Assembly (NCBI GenBank): GCA_004764695.1
Contig: SMSO01000036.1
Span: 1,860,001-1,924,000 of the forward strand
Length of the DNA: 64,000 nt
Direction: 5' to 3'
From: Schizochytrium sp. TIO01
Lineage: Eukaryota; Protista; Bigyra: Labyrinthulomycetes
The notes beneath the pieces are model-generated. The model worked only from the letters and a program-made list of their open reading frames with translations, did no database searches and was not told where the DNA came from. Numbering within the stretch: the stretch's first letter is position 1; the number at the start of each line of letters is the position of its first letter. Shown piece after piece: positions 11,078-22,400 of this stretch. The position numbers were made by a program, and so were the translations under genes.

Positions 11078-13129
11078 ATGAGCACGAGGGATGTGCGAGT
11101 ATTACGGCAAAACATTGGTCCTGGATTTCTCACTCAAATATGTATTTTCTGCTTTACTTTTCTACTCTTGCCAGATTTGACTTGTGGCAATAACATGTCT
11201 GAGGCGATTCTGGATTTGGGACGAGAGCAAAAACAGTCAGCACGGGAAACATCCACCAGTGTAAGCATTGTGGATGTACGCGGGGAGTGCCAGCGTATTG
11301 AACTTGATGGTCTCTGTCAGTATGTACTTGATGTCTTAGAAATGGAGAATGGGGAAGAAGATCGTTTGGTATGGGTACCAACAGAGGTTGAGCTCAGTAA
11401 TGGCACAGTGCTTTCGCTTGGAATGGAGTATATGCAAAAATTGCAGGAAACAAACGAAAACACTCAAAATCTTATCGCGAGCTTCCTCGAAACAGAGTGT
11501 TTCCTAGCAACTTTCGCGGGCATCTGTCTCGATTATCTTGTAGGTTGCGTAGAAATTGATGGGCGAGCGTACCCGCGTCAATCTTGCGTTAGCACTTGCG
11601 AGGGCTTATGGAATTTTTGCGAAGGTCCATTCACTTTTGCTGCCATTACAGCTTCTTATCAGAGAGTGCCCCTTTGCGGCATCTTCAATGACCAGTGGCA
11701 GTATATTGAAACGCCTACGTTGACATCCTTGGAAAGCGATATTGTGCTGCCCTTAGATTATGTCGGCTTGACAAGATATCAAACTGGTGTATATGAAGTT
11801 GGAGAGCCCCCAGTAGAGGTAACATGTAGAAACGACGAAGTTGCTACCAACAAACTAGATCCGGAATTGTATTCCATCCTACTGGAATGTCAAATGGAGA
11901 TTTCCTGCGATGGTCCACTTAATAAGAGTGTAGATGACATGAATTGTCCAACGTGTGGTGTTGTATGCCCACCCGCGGGAACTGAGTTATCTCAGGCTTT
12001 AGTCAACATTCAGCTCTACTCTGCGCTGGCTGCACTCCCATTCCTTGTTGTTCTATCAATTCGTGGATGCATGAGACATTCTAACAGTCTAGCAGAAAAA
12101 ATTCTGATTATTTGTACATTTGAAGGGTTAATTTACTCATCTCTTTTAGTTGCTTTTCTTAGTCTTGGGAATACGGGATGCCCAAGCTCGGGAATGCTCC
12201 GGTCGCCCTATGCTAATTACAACACAACAGACAAAAAGCAGTTTTGGAGCGAGACTCCAATTCAAGAGATCTCGTGCGCTATCCTAAGACCATCGATCCA
12301 CCTCTTACAATCTATGTACGGCGCCGTTGCTACTTTTGTCGTCGTAATTTTCGAAAATGTAAATCGCGCAATACGCTTTCAGCCACCTCTACATGGTATC
12401 CTGGATGGGTTTTCAGGTATCGTCGGCATCTTTTTAATAATTATTATCCCTTTGTGTGGTGTAGCTGCTACCAGTACATTAGGCGAATACCTTTTAGAGG
12501 ATCATCTAGATGATCGCTACCAACTAGATCTAGTTCGCTACCTTTATACATGTGGTCCATCTTACAGCACTCACTATGGTGATGCTGTAGCATCGGAAGC
12601 ACCATTTGCATTATACGCAGTCATTTGTATATTCTTTGCTGTTAAACTCTTGCGACTATGCCACCAAATGTCCCTTTCTGCAGAACAGCATATTCAACTC
12701 AAGACAATAGCTGAGCTGTCAAAGACTCTATCCCGGCAAGTTCTGCTTCTCACATTAGGTACACTCACCTTTCTGGTAGTGACAAGCATTCACAATGCCT
12801 CATTCCGGGCATTGGTCAACGAATATGCTAATCAGTTCAACTACTATTTGATTTGTAGTATAGGCAGTGTCCTTGATGGATCTGCGTGCGAGCCGCCTGA
12901 TCCTCTTCATGTTGGCCCAGTCTTCTATCTGTTTGCGACCTTTTCATGGAATCTATTGCCTCTTTTTGTCTCACTTTTCCTCATTCTTTCTGTAGCTGCG
13001 AAAAAGCTTTCTGCACGCAATTTGGTCAAAAGTGTAACTACCTCGCTCAAGTCAACGGCTCAATCTACACGCGTTGCTCCAGCACATTCTGTTCAATCTA
13101 AATTCGTTCCAGAAACTCGCAATGACTAG
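11078..13129 (+). CDS. Frizzled/Smoothened-like (class F-like) receptor: signal peptide, Cys-rich domain, linker and 7TM
   Basis: Signal-like segment (ICIFCFTFLLLPDLTCG) and Fz-CRD-type Cys spacing (CQRIELDGLC...ECF...ICLDYLVGC...PRQSCVSTCEGLWNFC...PLC). Smo-like linker CDGPL...CGVVCPP, about seven hydrophobic helices with loop cysteines, and a Ser/Thr-rich tail. Start uncertain (10925 or 11078). Confidence 0.7.
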   Translation: MSTRDVRVLRQNIGPGFLTQICIFCFTFLLLPDLTCGNNMSEAILDLGREQKQSARETSTSVSIVDVRGECQRIELDGLCQYVLDVLEMENGEEDRLVWVPTEVELSNGTVLSLGMEYMQKLQETNENTQNLIASFLETECFLATFAGICLDYLVGCVEIDGRAYPRQSCVSTCEGLWNFCEGPFTFAAITASYQRVPLCGIFNDQWQYIETPTLTSLESDIVLPLDYVGLTRYQTGVYEVGEPPVEVTCRNDEVATNKLDPELYSILLECQMEISCDGPLNKSVDDMNCPTCGVVCPPAGTELSQALVNIQLYSALAALPFLVVLSIRGCMRHSNSLAEKILIICTFEGLIYSSLLVAFLSLGNTGCPSSGMLRSPYANYNTTDKKQFWSETPIQEISCAILRPSIHLLQSMYGAVATFVVVIFENVNRAIRFQPPLHGILDGFSGIVGIFLIIIIPLCGVAATSTLGEYLLEDHLDDRYQLDLVRYLYTCGPSYSTHYGDAVASEAPFALYAVICIFFAVKLLRLCHQMSLSAEQHIQLKTIAELSKTLSRQVLLLTLGTLTFLVVTSIHNASFRALVNEYANQFNYYLICSIGSVLDGSACEPPDPLHVGPVFYLFATFSWNLLPLFVSLFLILSVAAKKLSARNLVKSVTTSLKSTAQSTRVAPAHSVQSKFVPETRND

Positions 13130-13269
13130 ATGAGAATAAAAAGTGGATACTCAAAATCTTTACAAATACTACTCACGACGCAGGCAGGGAGTTTCACTCG
13201 TGGCTTCGCTCGTGGACTCTGGAGAGACAGGCCCAGAAATAGGTTTGCGGTGCTTCATGTTGGCTCTGT

Positions 13270-14274
13270 CTAAAGGGGAAAAAACGGAATCATCATGGAA
13301 GTTGTCCTTTGTACATATCGGTAGTTTGGGCGTCGTTCAAGCATGCGTTCCTCCATTAAGGGGACCGAGGCGAAAGTAAAGAGAGCAACGATGAGAACAA
13401 AGCCTAGGCCTGACCACCAGTACTCGTTTCGAGACGCGAGTGCATGAATGTATAACCCCAACCAAAAAAGTTGTTCACCGAAATAGTTGGGATGCCTTGA
13501 ATATCGCCAGAGACCTTCGTGCATGCATTCATCAGGAGGATGTTCTTTCTTGCGCCAAGTTCGCATTTGCTCATCTGCAAAAAACTGAATGGTTGCAGCG
13601 CCGATACAAACACACATAGCTATAACATCTAAAACATTAAATTCTTTTGCATGAACTTCAGTCACACTCGAATACATTGCAAGAAATGCAGGTATCATGG
13701 CAATATAAACAAAGATCGTCGGTACAATCATGATACCGACCAAACAGCCGCCTAGCCAGTAAGTCCATTTGGGCAAGCCTTTTCTTTCGAAAGAATCTCG
13801 GATATTCACGTAGCGAAAATCTTCATGGGCAAGTCCACCTTGCCATCCAACGACCCAGTTCCTTGTCAGACGGGCAGCCCAAGTCCATATACTCAATGTT
13901 ATCAAGGCCAAGCGGGCTTTAGGAACGTCCTTTTTGTCTACAAGGGATACTATGAGCCAATAAATAACAATTAATGCCGGGTAGATGCTCCAGTATGCAT
14001 CGTAAAGACTCGAATTATTGACAATAATTGCAGAGATCCAAATTACGAGCGTACCAACCACATCTGCCACTGCTGCCAGAAAAAGTGGATATGCTGGGAT
14101 ACCTTGGATAGTCCAATTGGCCAATGTAGAGTGGTATCTATCATAGACAGCGAACGCAACAGCAGCACCTGCAGCTGTTGCAACAGCATACCAAGCCCAT
14201 ACATAGATGTGGCAAGCAGTAAGGCTCCATCTGTGTGCGAAGCGTCCTGTCGTTCCGTTGTACGCAGAGTTCAT
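13270..14274 (-). CDS. DUF1295 / steroid 5-alpha-reductase-like membrane protein
   Basis: Motifs NSSLYDAYWS, WAARLT, HEDFRY, ADEQM and GLWRYSRHPNYFGE; multiple TM helices. Confidence 0.9.
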   Translation of the reverse strand: MNSAYNGTTGRFAHRWSLTACHIYVWAWYAVATAAGAAVAFAVYDRYHSTLANWTIQGIPAYPLFLAAVADVVGTLVIWISAIIVNNSSLYDAYWSIYPALIVIYWLIVSLVDKKDVPKARLALITLSIWTWAARLTRNWVVGWQGGLAHEDFRYVNIRDSFERKGLPKWTYWLGGCLVGIMIVPTIFVYIAMIPAFLAMYSSVTEVHAKEFNVLDVIAMCVCIGAATIQFFADEQMRTWRKKEHPPDECMHEGLWRYSRHPNYFGEQLFWLGLYIHALASRNEYWWSGLGFVLIVALFTFASVPLMEERMLERRPNYRYVQRTTSMMIPFFPL

Positions 14275-15459
14275 GACTGAAGCGCCGGCGTGCTCAACAA
14301 CCCTTGCTAGACGCTGCTCAAGAACAATTGGTCTTTAGGTGCCGTGATACCTCACCTGAAGTCGATCTTCTTCTGAGTTAGATAGTACTTTTTAGTTGTA
14401 TACGCCCTTTATTACGAGAAGTGGGTGAAAAAAGTACACACGCCTATTCCAGCTAGAGGAGCACTTGAAGCCAAATATCTCGCAAAGTTCAAGATGGCCA
14501 GAGGTGATAAAACAGAAGAGCACATGCAATAGTACTTGCATCCATTAAAAGAATTCAACATTCGGTCTGACAAATATGATGTACTACTACTAAGTTTGAG
14601 GCACATAACTAACGAGTAAGTATACTGTGACCTACCTCTAGAGTAGGAAAAAGATGAAGTATTTCCTTCTGTTAGTTACTTACATGTACTACTACCTACT
14701 AATTAGAACAATGAACCCATTTATAATTAGAAAAGCATACAAATGACACCACAATGGTACAATGTCGAGGTTGTTTATCAATGGTTTATCTTGCAACTAT
14801 AGATATGTACCCCATGGCATCGCAAAGTACTCAGCTTGTTTCTTTGAATCGAGTGATCTTTTTGGCTTAAGATGAGGTGCTGCTCGAGTTCAAGGATTGA
14901 TTGGAGTACTGAGAGCGGCGCTTCAGCTGTTTTACTAACTAACCAGCTTGAGGTTGCTCCTACTGACAATAGTTCGCGAGTCTAATTCCTTTCCTGCGCC
15001 TGATCTCTGAGACCTTCATTTCACGGCAGAGTCTGTTGATTAGAGCAAGGTTGGCATTGCGGCAGCTCTGCGAACTCGAAGCTAGGCGATGCGCTTGCTT
15101 TGCTGCCCCGTTGAACTCCTCGGTGGGCACCCAAGCAATCAGCACGTCGCAGCGATGAAAAGCCCTAGCCGGTTTGCCTTCTCAGGCCGGCCAGTCCCAA
15201 CCCACTCTCTTGAAGAACGTCAATCAGCTTCAGAAGCATCGTCTGCTGCACCTGCAAACCTTGGAGTCGAAGTAGTTCCCATGCATGCCCGTCCTCCTAC
15301 AAAAAATTCGACAGCGTCACCAAGCCGACCTGACGAACTACGATGTTCAAGGCGTCGAACTCCGGGAAAGCATTGGCGAGAAGCGGCACCACCACAAAGG
15401 AGTGCTGCGACTGCCTCAGATCTGTCAGCGCCACTCCGACACACACACACACACGCGCA

Positions 15460-15509
15460 AATGAATGAATGAATGAATGAATGAATGAATGAATGAATGA
15501 ATGAATGAA
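15460..15509. repeat. (GAAT)n microsatellite
   Basis: Direct reading; preceded by a (CA)n run. Confidence 0.9.
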
Positions 15510-15876
15510 ACAATAAATAAATACACGCACGAACAAAGAAAGAAATAAAGAAAGAAGATACAGATAGACAGACACAGGGACACGAGCACAGTTTTGCTAA
15601 GCCTCGGCGATGGAAAGTGCTCAGTCAGCACGATTGAAGGCGCTGAGGATAGACTAATCAATCAATCGACAACGTGAAAAGCGATCCTCGATTGAAGGGT
15701 CAATCTCGAAGCATTATCCTTCGTTTCGGACGAAGTAAAGATGTTTGCCCAAAGCATTGCATTGCATTGCAAACGCACTGAAAGCCGACTAAGTTTCTAT
15801 GCTCAAGTCACCGAAGAAGATGGAAGATGGAGAAGCAGAACGACGAACCTTAGAGCATAACCACGATGACAAATCG

Positions 15877-15987
15877 TGATTGATGTCTTGATGTCTTGAT
15901 GTCTTGATGTCTTGATGTCTTGATGTATTGGTGTATTGATGTATTGATATATTGGTGTATTGATTGATGTATTGATTGATGTATTGG
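15877..15987. repeat. 8-bp unit tandem repeat (TGATGTCT drifting to TGATGTAT/TGGTGTAT)
   Basis: Direct reading of the sequence. Confidence 0.85.
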
Positions 15988-17132
15988 ACTTTTTTTTCTA
16001 AAATTGAGTCATGATTGCAGCAAATGAGCGAGGTTTCCAAATCTCGTCGAACCTCCTAGGAGTACCTATGACCGACTGCATTGCATTCACTGGAAGTCGT
16101 CCCGAAAGATTCCTCCGCCTAGCCTGCATGAACTGCACAGCGGCCGGTGTCTCTCACCTCGCAGCGCATTCGTTGTCTTGTGGATTGCAAAGATCGCTGG
16201 CGTTGAAGTTGACCGTGATGGTTTCGAAGTCGCTGATTAATCGTGTTCTTGAGAAGAAAAAAAAAAAAAGTGCGGTCGTCTTTCATTCAGGGAAGATGGC
16301 ACCCCGAAGCAAGATGGAGGTTCGGTTCGGGTCCTCTACGAAACTGTCCATACAGTTACTGTGTTTTTCTCAATAACAGACAAGGAGTTATTATGCCGGG
16401 ACGTAGGGAATTTGTGCGATAATTTCCAACGAATTAAGTCTTGCTCAGGTGAACTTTTAAAAATTGCATTTCTTTCTCTTTTAAAGTATTTAGTTATAAA
16501 AGAGTATGAGAAAATGAGGGAGACTCAAAAAAGCCACAGAAGCGCCAGAACTGCAACAGCAGAGCGGAGGAAGCCCAGCTCAAAGGCCTCCGCTCAGCAC
16601 GGCCAACGCTGGTGCTCTTGAAAGGAGTCGAGAGAAACTCCTTCGCTACAATAAGCTACGTCGAGATCTCTACGCTTCGAAACTAGCTTTGCTGGCTCAG
16701 CACGGGCCAGACCGTGATCATCGATCGTGCATCGATAGCGAACTACTAGGTACCTATAGTCTCTGAAAGCGAGGCCTTCAAAAGCAAGAATAACTCGAGG
16801 CTAGTGTAAGATCAAGCGTCGCATTCATCTGGAATCGAAGCCACGGAGGCTTCGGCAGCTACTTCGCCTTCTCATTGTCTACTTTTCGGGCTTTTCACTG
16901 TGTCTGTATTGTGCAGGTGATAAAATATATATACTTCTCGCACGCTCGCTCACCACAGGAATCTAAGTAAATTTCTGCTTTAGTTTATCTATAATTGTCT
17001 CGTGGCCTACGGTCCACACTACATCAAGGACATTGACCTTGACCTGTGACTTCACATTTGTTTAGTGTATGTTGCTTAGAGCCTGTGCGAAAGAATAGCG
17101 TCCAATCCAGATAGTGGCAGCTTGCACAGATT

Positions 17133-19277
17133 ATGGAGGAAGAGCAGGACCGCAGAACACGCAGATATGGCCGTAGAGGATGGCCAAAGACTACACCACC
17201 CACACGTCTTCAGACTGCTTCTACAGTAAGTCATCCAACCTCATACTTTGTTTTTGACGATACGGTGCCAGCGGCATCTCCACGCCAAGGAAATAGCCCA
17301 ACAGGAGATATATTCACAGCACAGTCCCAATCTCCGCCTTCAGTGGCCCCTTCAGCATGGTTTACGTACAAGGAGCCGAAAGCACCACCCAGAGAAGACT
17401 TAAGTTTTGCACCTGATACACCTGTTCGTGGCAAGGGGCGCCCAACACACGCAACCTCTTTCTGGGCAAGTGGAGATGGTGAAGAAGCTTATGGCGCGCC
17501 CATCTATGCTGCCCAGCTCGCAAACGGGTCAATTTCAATCGACGAAAAAGATGCTGCCGAAGGCAAGTGCCGTCGAAGGAAGCGTAAAATGATTTGCTTG
17601 GCGATTCTAATCCTCATTATTATTATCGCTGTTGTGTGTGGAGCAGTAATTTCTATCAAAGTGAAAACTTCATCGGATCTCTTAGGACAAACAGTATCCG
17701 GAGAAGAATCTGACAGTGTATCACCAACAGCACAATCAACTAAAGCTCCTACCACACAACCAACGCCACTCCCCACGACATCGCCAACAACGCCCAACCC
17801 TACAACTGTACCAACACTGAGCCCTGTAGAAGTGGCGACTCCATCAGCAAGACCCCTTTCTGTCAATCGAAGTCTTGATGAGAACGGAATGCCCTATTGG
17901 GATTGGAACTGGGTGCAAATATGGACTCAAAGAGGACGGAAAAATTCTACTGTATCAGAAGCTGACCTGGCCTTCATAGAAACTTATCCAGTCTCAATGT
18001 ATGTAGTAAGCAAATCAGTGTCGCAAGATGTTGAGCCGGGGTATGTCCACAATCTTGGTAAACAAGAGGAAGATCTGGCACTTATTAAGGCAAGGGTGTC
18101 TGACCTTCCTGTTTTTTCATATTTAAACTCGGCTCTAAATTTTCCCATGCTTGACAACGTTTGGTGTCCTTTGCAGAATATGACTGATTCGGGCGTTTTA
18201 CCAAACTATCTGTACTCTGCAAGTAAACCACGATATGGCTGTGTTGATTACGGAAATGGTACTTACGGCCGTACAAATAAAATCTCTTCAAGTGAAGAAA
18301 ACATTCCTATGTACGATTTGCGCATGTCTGAAGTTGCAGACACACTAGTATACTTTGCTAACCTTACGAGGGAAGCCGGATTTGAAGGCATTTTCTTAGA
18401 TAGGGCTGACGTAAACTGCGCGAACGGGCGTGTCTGTCAGCCCACAAAGAGCGCATGGGTCCCCACGGTTTTCTCAACAAAAGCAGAGGCCTACGCTTGG
18501 GACTCTGCGCATGATGATACCATGCGCCGTATACAAAATGAATCATTTGTTAATCATGTAGTGGTTGGCAACAATCGTAACGTGGAAGGCCTAAGTGGAC
18601 GCCAACATGAAAAATTCGGCATTGAAGAATACTACCTGAAGCCATCAAGTGCGTTAGCCTCTTTCATGGAAGGCGCTCGTAGTGGCAAGCTTATCCAAGC
18701 CTTTGCTAATCCGTGTTCTCTTGATGAAGTGGTTATCACCCCGAATGCAGGAACTCAACTTCTCAGTGGCCGATTCATGAGAGTCAATACTTTAGCCATG
18801 TTTCTTATTGGCATGTGTAAATATTCGTACTACTCATGCGCGCTTGGATTTATTGCTGATAACTCATGGAATGAGCGGCAAGAGAATAACGCTGACCTCA
18901 ATTTGACTGATGATGAGCTCTGGGCCGGAAATTACTTTTTTGATGAATACATGTATAATCTTGGCGAACCTCAAGGCCTTGCGCTTGAGGAGCATCTCAG
19001 TGATGGTCAATCACTTTACTATCGTGAATTTAAAAGCTCTCTGAACAACAACTACACTAAAGTTTGGCTTCATATTGTGCAGGAAAAGATCCGCACAAGC
19101 TCTACGGGGGAATATGACATTCGTAGTGTCATTTCCTGGGCTGATGGAAATATCAGTACGAGCGATGCATCGGTAAACTTGACGTCGATCCAGGCGTCCT
19201 TTGATGAACTTTACTCTGACTATCTCGAACAAAGTTTCGTACAAAATGAAACGTGCAACACCGGAATCTATACGTAG
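17133..19277 (+). CDS. Type II membrane protein with Thr/Pro stalk and putative glycoside hydrolase (GHL15-like TIM barrel) ectodomain
   Basis: 714 aa. Cytosolic N-terminus, basic stretch CRRRKRK, one strong TM helix and a PT-rich stalk. These are followed by GFEGIFLDRA, LAMFLIG..YSYY, EY...LGEPQG and YYREF motifs, recalled as typical of hypothetical glycosyl hydrolase family 15. Many N-glycosylation sequons. Confidence 0.6.
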   Translation: MEEEQDRRTRRYGRRGWPKTTPPTRLQTASTVSHPTSYFVFDDTVPAASPRQGNSPTGDIFTAQSQSPPSVAPSAWFTYKEPKAPPREDLSFAPDTPVRGKGRPTHATSFWASGDGEEAYGAPIYAAQLANGSISIDEKDAAEGKCRRRKRKMICLAILILIIIIAVVCGAVISIKVKTSSDLLGQTVSGEESDSVSPTAQSTKAPTTQPTPLPTTSPTTPNPTTVPTLSPVEVATPSARPLSVNRSLDENGMPYWDWNWVQIWTQRGRKNSTVSEADLAFIETYPVSMYVVSKSVSQDVEPGYVHNLGKQEEDLALIKARVSDLPVFSYLNSALNFPMLDNVWCPLQNMTDSGVLPNYLYSASKPRYGCVDYGNGTYGRTNKISSSEENIPMYDLRMSEVADTLVYFANLTREAGFEGIFLDRADVNCANGRVCQPTKSAWVPTVFSTKAEAYAWDSAHDDTMRRIQNESFVNHVVVGNNRNVEGLSGRQHEKFGIEEYYLKPSSALASFMEGARSGKLIQAFANPCSLDEVVITPNAGTQLLSGRFMRVNTLAMFLIGMCKYSYYSCALGFIADNSWNERQENNADLNLTDDELWAGNYFFDEYMYNLGEPQGLALEEHLSDGQSLYYREFKSSLNNNYTKVWLHIVQEKIRTSSTGEYDIRSVISWADGNISTSDASVNLTSIQASFDELYSDYLEQSFVQNETCNTGIYT

Positions 19278-19418
19278 TTTTATGAGAAAACTATAATCTA
19301 AACAAGAACGGAAATTGATTAATCGACTAGTACTTGAATTTTGCTTTTTATTTTTTTCAATTCTACGATCATGCTCAATCCCACCGTGTGGTATACAAAC
19401 AGGCTTGAAATTTTGTTC

Positions 19419-22400
19419 TCACTTGTTTTTGACCTTGCCACCCTTCGGGCGTGAAACACGCTGCTTCTTAGGTTTGCCACCACTCTTTTTCTTCGCAGCA
19501 CTGGTAGCTGCTGCTAAGCCGGGTGCCATGAGTTTGACATTTCCAGCCATTGTTTGAACCAACTCATTGTCTGTGACATACCGCATATGCTCCTTCTCGG
19601 TATCCTTCGCATTGGGAATGCGCAAAAGCACTTCAGTCGCCATCTTCCCAGCCTTGCCCTTCTTAAGCGCACCTGGTACAAGCTTCACACGATACTTGAA
19701 TTTCGTGGTGGCTTGAGGGGGGGCGCACATGGGCAATGCATACAAGAGAACATCGTCAGGCTGCGGGTTCATCGTAAATGACTTCAAATTCAACTCATCT
19801 GTGTTGAAATCATTGGAATCATCTTCCACAGCTGGTTTTTTAGCAGCGCGCTCAGCTGTATCACGACGTGATGTGCCCGGTCCGGAGGATCTGTTGTTTG
19901 CACCATTGGTACTTGCTTCATCTCCTGAATCCTCCTCGTTGTCTGAAGTGTTGCCTAATTCGGGAAGTTTGTGTCCGAGCGCAATCATGGCAAGACGGCG
20001 ATCTTCCTCAGTCTGATCACCATACTTCTTCTTCATCTTCTTGAGCTTATTCTTTTTACGACGTGGGAGGTTTGTGTTCGCACCCTTTGGAGCTTTTGGT
20101 TCTGCAACTGCCTTGCTTTTGCCCTTGTTGCCACTTTGGGCATTGGTAGCCTCCTTACTGCTGTCCTGCTGAACACCAGTCTTCTTCTCCTTCTTCTTTT
20201 GACGCCTTTCCTTAGCAGTCATGTAACCTCCACCACGAGTGGATGATTTTCCGTCCACATCGTCATCTTCTTCACCGGACCCTTGCATCAAGGTAGACTT
20301 GGTTGCAGGTGCTTCCAGCTCATCCATTATGTCTTGGTCATCATATGTGTCAGCCTCTTCTTCCTCGTCTTTCTCCTTCTTGATGGTCTTCGCAGTCTCC
20401 TCTTCTTCTCCCTCATCACTGTCATCCTCTTTATTTGAGGCATCCTCAGTATCGTTGCTATTTTCTGCAGAAACATCATCCTGGTTTTCGGCATCAACAT
20501 CAAACCCATCTTCATCTTCATCTTCTTCTTCTTCTTCTTCTCCATCTTCTTCTACATCTTCCTTTGAGGAGGGAGCTTTGGGGGGCAGAGCATCATCTTT
20601 AGCAGGCTTGCTTGATACATCTTGAACATCCATGGCGCGCCAATCAACCTTGCGAGTATCATAGGACTCCTGGGTTTCATCAAGCTTAAAGATGAATCCA
20701 AACGAAAGCTCAAGACGGCAAGGTGGCAAGAAGTTCTTCTTGCCCCGAATCATGAAACTACCTGTGGTGAGGTATTCACCTGTGGGAGCTGTCTTTGAAA
20801 CTTGATCCGCGTGTACCCACCAGGCAGAAGTGATTATCTTGGCAGTCCAAGCGTTCGACATGCAAACAGTCATGGCACCTGCCTGGCGAAGCGATTCAGG
20901 GGGGATGGAAACCCCAGCTTTCGGAGCACGCACGATACAAGTGGCCGCACCATGCAGATCAGCGTGCACGTAAATATCTCCGTGTGAGGCCCGCAAATAC
21001 TTTTTCACCAAAAGCTCGTTTTGTTGAGCATCACGACCAGCAAGGACAAGAATTCCCTCACTTGTGATGAACCAAAGAAATTTCTCAAACCAGTTAACCT
21101 TGCGCTGTTCACGCACACGTCGCCTACCTGCTTCATGTTTCTCCATCTCCTTATGATACTTCTTCTCAGCTGCTTCAAGAACCTTCTCGGAAGCCTCCTT
21201 GGTACGCTCTGCCTTGTCAACGGCTTGCTTCTTGTTCTGGTACATACTAGAAACATTTGCGTAGGCTGAAAGGTTGATGTTTACATTGACCTTCACGAAT
21301 GGATTGCGTTTTGGGCGTCTCTGCTTCTTGGCGCTACGGCGATTCTTGTTGGCCTTTTCCAGTTCGTCTGCGTCATCATCCTCTTCGGAGTCATCCTCGG
21401 AGTCACTTTCATCTTCGCTTTCATCCAGATCCGGCATTGGGAGACGCAACGTGATTTCGTTCCGCTCTAATGCGGTACTCTCAATGAGACTTGCGATAGG
21501 GTTGCCCTTAGACTTCTCCAAAGAGATGAGCTCATCAAGCTCATCCCAAGACATACCAGAGGCTACAGCAGAGCGAACTACAAGGAGAGCCTTATCGACA
21601 TCCTCCACGTTAAACGTGATAGCCTCTGCACACAGCTCCTTTTTGGAAACCTCTTCGTGCAAAGTCTGAATACGAGACTCTTGATCTTTGCGAATAGCCT
21701 CAACCTTCTTGGCCGCAGCCTTTTTATGGGCAAGAGAGGCCTTCTCCTGACGCTGGATATCAATCTTTGAGTAAAACTCATCAACAGCATCATTAAGTGA
21801 GTCGAAATATTGCACATCCCGGTCTCTGTACTGCTCCAAAAGGACGGGCTCGAAGCGATCATAGAAAACAGTCGTAGGGCTGTTATCCTCCTCAGCATCC
21901 TCAAGAGTCTTGCCTTTCTCAAAGATCAGAACAGCTTTGCTAGACTCGAGATCATCAAGCTTGTTTAGCACATCAAGAGCATTAGTCTTGAAAGAATCTA
22001 GCAGCTTGCCGAGAAAATCCTCCCCATCTTCATTTTCAAGTAGGTGAGGGGTTAGTTTCTGGCCAGGACGCAACCCAGCAAGCAAGATGCAATGCTCCAC
22101 AAGATCAGGGCCGAGGTGATTCACAGGACTAGTTCGCAAGGTGAGACCCTGCTTGAGTGTCGGGGCGACTGTCTTCTTGGATTTGCCTTTATTTCCAGCG
22201 GATGTATCACCGCCGTTGCCTTGGGCGAGCGAAGCTTCAAAATCATCGAGAACGTTCTTGAGAAAACCACGAAGAACATCATGCGTGAGTGAGTCAAGTG
22301 CTTCAGCGTCTGTAAGAGCTGCTCCTTGACTTTTGCCAATAGCTTGCAAATAATTTTCACCCACAGCAAAACGGACTTCATCATCCTTAAACACACGAAT

